From: a virus
Lineage: Duplodnaviria > Heunggongvirae > Uroviricota > Caudoviricetes
Length of the DNA: 21,941 bases
Direction: 5' to 3' (one strand)
IMG/VR virus record: IMGVR_UViG_3300043433_000105
Coordinates: 64,001 to 85,941 of that record
A program made the translations under genes and the position numbers. Shown in pieces: positions 17,161 through 21,941 of the stretch; position 1 is the first letter of the stretch; every line of letters starts with the position of its first letter. Under the pieces are notes generated by a model. The model was given only the letters and a program-made list of their open reading frames with translations. It had not been told where the DNA came from and did not search any database.

Positions 17161-18690
17161 TTAGTTAAAATCTACCATCACAGTTTCAAACTCGTGGCCC
17201 TCCTGCGCTAGAGTTTCCATGCGAATGCCAAAGTGCTTAAACGTGTTGTTTGGTTTTCGCTTGTGCGTGAGGTTATCACCGATATCGTAAAGGTTACAAT
17301 GTGTCTTGCCCTTCTTCAATCGAATTCCCCGCCCAAGGGTTTGCACGTACTGAATCTTTCCCTTGGTGGGGTGACAGTAGATGATGTTTTCAATAGCAGG
17401 CATATTCACACCTGCCGCCATTGTTTTAAGCGAAGCAACGATTATACAGTCTTCTAGCCCTGCCAAAAGTCGTATTTCTTCGCGTTTTTCTTTCTTGACT
17501 GAACCATCAATGATATAGACAGGGCGAGTGCCACCAACAAGTGCTTGAATTTTTTCATATATAGTTTTTCCGTGGTCTGAGTAGTTAAACATAACTAAAG
17601 TTGTGCCCTTTAACTTCGAGGCCAACTTAGCGATAAAATTGTTTCGTTTCGGATTAAGCGCCAGCCAACTAATTTCTTGGTCGTAATCTGCTTTTTTCAT
17701 AGCAGCACACCACTCTTGGCTGTAGTTTAGTTGGATCGCCTTAACCTTCAATGGTACCGCTCTGCCACGTGCAATAAGCTCTGCAGCGTTAATCACATGC
17801 ACCACTGGCCCAGTCAACCCGATCATTTGCAAAAGGTTACATTTTAGCTCTTGAAGGGTACCCGTACACGCAAGTCGGAAAGGTACTTCGGTCGCCTTGC
17901 CGTAGATGTTTTTAAACGTGTCAGCAGTGATCTTGTGACCTTCATCAGTCAATATACATGAGAAGGAGTTGAAGTATTCAGCATCCTCTTTCGCAAGCGA
18001 CTGAAACGTAGAAATAGTTATACGCTTTTTTGTCTTTTTGTCAATCCCTGCACTGATCAAATGCACTGAGTTCTCAACACTCCATCCGTTGTGACTGGAA
18101 TAGTCTTGAAAATCGGATTTGAACTGTGTAGTAAGACCAACAGTAGGTACCAGAATCAGCACTCGACCATCCAACTCTTCCGTGATGTATCGAGCAATCG
18201 AGTATACCATAAGTGACTTACCCGCACTTGTTGCCGCTTCAAGGATACACTGTCGATTGTATAGCGCCTGATAGATTCCATGGTGCTGAAAGTCATCCAC
18301 CACCAGTTTTTCACCACGTGCGTGAATATTCAGACTCTCCACGTATTCTTGGCACTCTTCCTTGGTTAGCTCTAGCTTTTGGTTTGGAAGCCCGTATGCG
18401 TCGTTTTGTGGGTTCGGAACAGTACGAAGTGTCCACCCACGACTTTCACATAGTGTAGCAAGATGGGAATACAGGCCAGATGGTAAAGTACGTTTGCCAA
18501 GGCTAAAGATGCGGATGTATCCATCCCAGCGACCCATCTTGAATAGCGGCGAAAACTTATGCCCATCCATGAGAAAACTGTATGCCTCATTGATTTCCAT
18601 AGCAATAGACTGAAAGCACATAATTTTCAATGTACTCTCATCTTGCTTGAAAACGACAACTTCGTTTTCTCCGTATTCCAAATTACTCAT
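17161..18690 (-). CDS. uvsW: UvsW SF2 DNA helicase
   Basis: FSPLFKMGRWDGYIR, ATSAGKS, DEGH, TGT and QTLGRGIR motifs; adjacent to uvsY. Confidence 0.95.
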   Translation of the reverse strand: MSNLEYGENEVVVFKQDESTLKIMCFQSIAMEINEAYSFLMDGHKFSPLFKMGRWDGYIRIFSLGKRTLPSGLYSHLATLCESRGWTLRTVPNPQNDAYGLPNQKLELTKEECQEYVESLNIHARGEKLVVDDFQHHGIYQALYNRQCILEAATSAGKSLMVYSIARYITEELDGRVLILVPTVGLTTQFKSDFQDYSSHNGWSVENSVHLISAGIDKKTKKRITISTFQSLAKEDAEYFNSFSCILTDEGHKITADTFKNIYGKATEVPFRLACTGTLQELKCNLLQMIGLTGPVVHVINAAELIARGRAVPLKVKAIQLNYSQEWCAAMKKADYDQEISWLALNPKRNNFIAKLASKLKGTTLVMFNYSDHGKTIYEKIQALVGGTRPVYIIDGSVKKEKREEIRLLAGLEDCIIVASLKTMAAGVNMPAIENIIYCHPTKGKIQYVQTLGRGIRLKKGKTHCNLYDIGDNLTHKRKPNNTFKHFGIRMETLAQEGHEFETVMVDFN

Positions 18691-18692
18691 AA

Positions 18693-19133
18693 TTATCCAC
18701 CACTTAAAAATTTCTGGTATTCCACCATGCTTTTAAACAAATAATATCGATTCCCAAGGTCTTTCAAAATAGACTCACATGATTGCATCAACGACTCGAT
18801 ATAAAGCGTCTGCTCTTGCAACTTCTGCAAATCAGCATCACCTTCCAACAGTGCCTCCATTTCCGCCTTTAACGGTTTGCGAAACAGGTACTGCGACCAA
18901 CCCTTTGCATCAAGTTCTGCCTTGGGCATTTCCCCGTTGTAGTAGCGAACTTTATCACTACGGAGAGACAAGTATTTAGCGGTCATCTGACGCAGCTTGA
19001 CCTTGTAAGTTTGGAGATGCGTGAGATACTTGCTGTGTTTCATCGGATGCCGATACATCTCATTCAACAGATTTGTCTCGTCAAGGTCAGAGTCTTGTGC
19101 CCACTCAGTCATGAGTTGTTCGTGATTCAACAT
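18693..19133 (-). CDS. uvsY: UvsY recombination mediator
   Basis: W..DS.LD, HSKYL, YYNG and EYQKFLSG patterns; start reassigned to ATG 19133. Confidence 0.9.
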   Translation of the reverse strand: MLNHEQLMTEWAQDSDLDETNLLNEMYRHPMKHSKYLTHLQTYKVKLRQMTAKYLSLRSDKVRYYNGEMPKAELDAKGWSQYLFRKPLKAEMEALLEGDADLQKLQEQTLYIESLMQSCESILKDLGNRYYLFKSMVEYQKFLSGG

Positions 19134-19155
19134 AAAATTACACCATAAATAGAAC

Positions 19156-19184
19156 ATTGTAGCTCATGTGAAAAGCGAAGTCAA
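19156..19184 (-). promoter_or_regulatory. near-consensus sigma70 promoter for uvsY (TTGACT-17-TACAAT)
   Basis: -35 at 19184-19179, exact 17-nt spacer, -10 at 19161-19156. Confidence 0.85.
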
Positions 19185-19190
19185 GGGTTC

Positions 19191-19218
19191 TTGACATTTT
19201 TTCAAGTGAGTAAATAAT
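19191..19218 (+). promoter_or_regulatory. divergent plus-strand promoter (TTGACA...TAAATAAT)
   Basis: Perfect TTGACA; TAAATA at 19211-19216 and AATAAT at 19213-19218 (16-nt spacer). It points into the ORF-free region. Confidence 0.6.
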
Positions 19219-19221
19219 AAG

Positions 19222-19775
19222 AACTTGTAGCCAGTTTGGTGGTACTTAACTAGCTATTTATGCCTCGTGATGGGCACGTACCAAAAAAGTCACCGTCTTT
19301 ACTTGCTGTTTGAGCAGACGTTAAAGAACCTAGGGTAGCGCCCTATACAACTATGAAAACAAGCTACCACCTGTTTACTAAGCAACCCGCAGGAAGTATG
19401 TCTCATCTGGGCATACAAGACACGACACACCGAAAGGCATGATTTTAACTCAGTTGTGTGGAGAGCACTACCACATAGGAGTCTGAGCGTTGGAGCAATT
19501 CAACGATAAAAACTCTGTCGATAATTGGATAAGATTGAATGACCAGTACGACTCAATACGAGATACGGAAAATCATAAGAGCTAGAGACATAAACACTCT
19601 CTTCGAAGCAGCAACGTATAGACACAGGAACTAAAAGAATAGATCGATAAGACCAACAGAACGTAATTAAACCCATTGTAGTAGAAACACCTAATAAGTG
19701 CCTACGGCAAGGCTACGCCTGTACATCTTTTCCTATTCTTTTAGTTCTCTTGATTTATCATGCTGCGGGTTGCTG
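19222..19775 (+). ncRNA. candidate large structured non-coding RNA of unknown family
   Basis: No ORF of 60 aa or more; at least 9 helices, including nested perfect 12-bp and 15-bp long-range inverted repeats; GCAA/GAAA loops; G-U wobbles valid only on the plus strand; upstream promoter. Ends are approximate. Confidence 0.65.
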
Positions 19776-19800
19776 ACTGCCTGTTTATATACCTAACCAA
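19758..19800. repeat. direct repeat copy 1 flanking HEG-B
   Basis: TCATGCTGCGGGTTGCT (17 nt) + 14 nt + ATACCTAACCAA (12 nt). Confidence 0.9.
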
Positions 19801-20566
19801 GTATATTGTATGCATAATGAATTTAGTTGATCAATTGATAGTGATCGAGTGTCAATAACTCTACATTTCATTAGAGTGTCTGAAACAGCTTTAGATGGGT
19901 TATTCTGTGTCCATTTTCTTATTTGAGAATATGTTAAATCTTTATAAAATCGGCTTATAATTAAAAATTTTGATGTTATATACTTATCATCAATAATGTA
20001 CAGGTTTATAGCACGTGCTGATTCTACATGCAAAATTGGTGTTGGGGTTTGTTCAGAAATTTTGACTATTTTACCAGTTATTAACGATTTAACACAACGA
20101 CCAACTTTTTGTTTTTTACTGGCTTCTGACATGTTAAGTAGTGATTTTTTGATGTGATTTTTCTGACAATTCTTGATTTTGCCATTTTTTGACGAAATTC
20201 TGTACATTTATACTTTTCGTTTAATATGTTAGATCGTGTCTTTTTACTCAAATCAGTAATCTTAGTATTAGTTACACCATCACCACCAGATGTGCGGTTT
20301 TGAAGTATCCCATTACCGATGTCTTTACGACCCCACCATTCTATCAGTCTACGCTCTAATGCTAAAGCACCTAAATCAGTTAAATTAGATTCCAATATCA
20401 CAATATGGTTTCTATTTTTAGGCAGATGAAGTTTCCCATGTTTAGCCCAAGCACGGTTTCCTGTACCCTTTCCAATATAGTATGGTGTACCAGCTTTAGC
20501 TGTAGTAGAATCACTAGAACGCAAGTATGCGTAAACATAGAATCGATAAATAGAATCGCTGCTCAT
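19785..20566 (-). pseudogene. GIY-YIG homing endonuclease (HEG-B) split by a -1 frameshift
   Basis: N-terminal ORF 20566-20081 is nearly identical to HEG-A at its start; overlapping ORF 20207-19785 in the -1 frame supplies a plausible C-terminal domain. Confidence 0.7.
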
Positions 20567-20633
20567 ATAGCCTTTCATGTTGGTTGAGTAGAGACAGTGG
20601 ATATTGACGTATCGCGACTGTCATTTCTATTTA
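20567..20633 (-). promoter_or_regulatory. conserved HEG leader copy 2
   Basis: Identical 22-nt and 32-nt blocks to 8597-8663, with a different loop. Confidence 0.85.
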
Positions 20634-20647
20634 TTGTTTTTAAACTC

Positions 20648-20691
20648 TCATGCTGCGGGTTGCTCTATGGTTATTTATAATACCTAACCAA
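20648..20691. repeat. direct repeat copy 2 flanking HEG-B
   Basis: Same 17-nt and 12-nt blocks separated by 15 nt containing TATAAATA on the minus strand. Confidence 0.9.
20672..20679 (-). promoter_or_regulatory. T4 consensus late promoter TATAAATA
   Basis: Exact 8-nt gp55 consensus, intergenic. Confidence 0.75.
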
Positions 20692-20729
20692 ACATGTGAT
20701 CATGCTGCACGAAGTCAGATATAGAATCG

Positions 20730-20750
20730 AATCCCCGTGCTGAGGGGATT
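20730..20750 (-). terminator. stem-loop at the stop codon of the tail gene (terminator or stabilising hairpin)
   Basis: AATCCCC-7nt-GGGGATT; the U-tract is weak. Confidence 0.5.
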
Positions 20751-21941
20751 AGGCTGTTCCTGCGGCGTCCAAGAGATTCCAAAGGTCGGACACGGTGCCG
20801 GTACTCAGTAGTCCCTGATCGGCTCGCAGCTTCAGTTGGTCAAGGTACGCGCAGAAGTTACGCATAGACGCCTCGGTGCTGAAGTGGTGGTGATAGTTCG
20901 CCGCGATGCCGCCCCGCTTCACCAGATCGTCAACAAAGGTGCGGATAGCCGTCTGGGCATCCACGCCGCTTGCGTGGGTGTCTATCGCTGTCGGCAGGTT
21001 CAGCCACTCGGTCACGCTTGTGCCCTGCGGAGTTGTCGTAGTCCCGCCGAGGCCCGCAGACATATGACCGATGGCAATGCGCGGGATGTAGCTATTCTGA
21101 GCAATCCCGCTATTGGCGAAAGTGCCGCCCACAGTCCGCATGTTTCCAGCCGTGCGCAGGGCAACAATCGCGGCTTCTGTGTTGATGTCGTAAGCGCCCT
21201 GATTCATCGCGTAATGACGCCAGGCTTTGAAGCCCATGGCCTGCATAGCTGCTTGGCCCGTTGCAAAGTCGGCGGCAATGGCCGTGCTGTCATTTGCACT
21301 GCCTGCGTAACGATAGCCCCAATTCGCGGGGGTGCCAGCGCTGCTGAAGGTGATCGGGTTCACGTTGTTACAGGAGTCGGCTTCCGTCCGGTGCATGGTG
21401 AAGGTTGTGGTTGTCACGTTGCGCAGCCACACGGTATCCCCAGCGGACAAGCTACCGGACACCGGAACAGGAAAGCCAGAACCAATGAGGGTTACCGGAT
21501 AGCCTTGGTTTCCAGCAATGCCCGAAGTCAATCCGATGCTGTGCGTTGCGCTTGTGACTGCACCAGTGCCTGTGTTTACTGCGCTGATTTGGCCCACCGG
21601 CATCACGTTGAAGCCATCAGGCCCCAGCAAGCGAAGCCCTCGGTTGTCCCCGCTCAGTGGGTTTGCATGGCTTTGAAAACCAATATCCCAGCCGTAGTTG
21701 TCTTGCAAGTCGCGGAGCTGCGCAGCGGTCAAAAAACCTTTGGCCGTGTCCCCGATGTGCCGAGTCAGCACATAGCAAGTGGCCTTGAGTCCAAACGCCT
21801 GCACCAGAGATAGCGCAGATTGCGGGACGCCTTGCGGAATTGTGACGCCAGAGGTTCCCACAAAGGGCGTCGAAAGCGACAAGCGCGGAACGTATTGATC
21901 TAACACGCCGTCATCGAGTCGCACATAAGCAAAGGGCTTGG
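20749..21941 (-). CDS. C-terminal part of a probable tail fibre/spike protein with polysaccharide deacetylase-like (NodB) domain; 5'-truncated by the window
   Basis: Frame stays open to the edge (KPFAYVRLDDG); LDDG, WDIGFQSH and NYHH motifs; Gly/Thr-rich beta insert; markedly higher GC. Confidence 0.6.
   Translation of the reverse strand, partial: KPFAYVRLDDGVLDQYVPRLSLSTPFVGTSGVTIPQGVPQSALSLVQAFGLKATCYVLTRHIGDTAKGFLTAAQLRDLQDNYGWDIGFQSHANPLSGDNRGLRLLGPDGFNVMPVGQISAVNTGTGAVTSATHSIGLTSGIAGNQGYPVTLIGSGFPVPVSGSLSAGDTVWLRNVTTTTFTMHRTEADSCNNVNPITFSSAGTPANWGYRYAGSANDSTAIAADFATGQAAMQAMGFKAWRHYAMNQGAYDINTEAAIVALRTAGNMRTVGGTFANSGIAQNSYIPRIAIGHMSAGLGGTTTTPQGTSVTEWLNLPTAIDTHASGVDAQTAIRTFVDDLVKRGGIAANYHHHFSTEASMRNFCAYLDQLKLRADQGLLSTGTVSDLWNLLDAAGTA

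Noticed and set aside
19222-19775. Group I intron, tmRNA, RNase P or retron ncRNA identity for the structured region
   Set aside because: No interrupted exons or P7 G-binding motif, no tRNA-like ends or tag, no GGAAAGUC motif, and no reverse transcriptase in the window.
19758-20708. CRISPR mini-array
   Set aside because: Only two copies ~890 bp apart with a gene in between; no regular spacers and no cas genes.
20716-20743. GATATAG...AATCCCCGTGCT resembling T4 td intron segments
   Set aside because: The matches are short and in the wrong order, and are explained by the hairpin at the tail gene's stop.
20836-21813. 325-aa plus-strand ORF
   Set aside because: Antisense shadow of the GC-rich tail gene; no motifs or RBS.
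1-21941. tRNA/rRNA genes and stop-codon reassignment
   Set aside because: No cloverleaf or rRNA signature was seen, and core genes are full length under the standard code.

Overview
The window is a ~22 kb segment of a T4-like (Tevenvirinae-related) large myophage genome, coded almost entirely on the minus strand. It holds a replication/nucleotide-metabolism core (uvsY, uvsW, gp61 primase, nrdA, nrdB, glutaredoxin, a DenA-like GIY-YIG nuclease), accessory genes (ThyX-like thymidylate synthase, PhoH, FmdB zinc ribbon, a T5 A1-like metallophosphoesterase, lytic transglycosylase, YqiA-like hydrolase, two probable capsid-internal proteins) and the 3' end of a GC-rich tail protein with a polysaccharide-deacetylase-like domain. 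Three AT-rich free-standing homing endonuclease genes (HEGs) are inserted. The most unusual features are non-coding. (1) A ~550-nt ORF-free, helix-rich element next to uvsY has its own plus-strand promoter and G-U wobbles that work only on the plus strand, so it is a candidate large ncRNA or primer RNA. (2) Two GIY-YIG HEGs share a near-identical ~70-nt leader with a covarying hairpin but have different C-terminal domains. (3) A split 43-44 bp direct repeat brackets the second HEG and duplicates the closing strand of the candidate RNA. (4) A terminator nested in an anti-Shine-Dalgarno helix precedes phoH. All family assignments come from motif recognition by eye; no database search or folding program was run.
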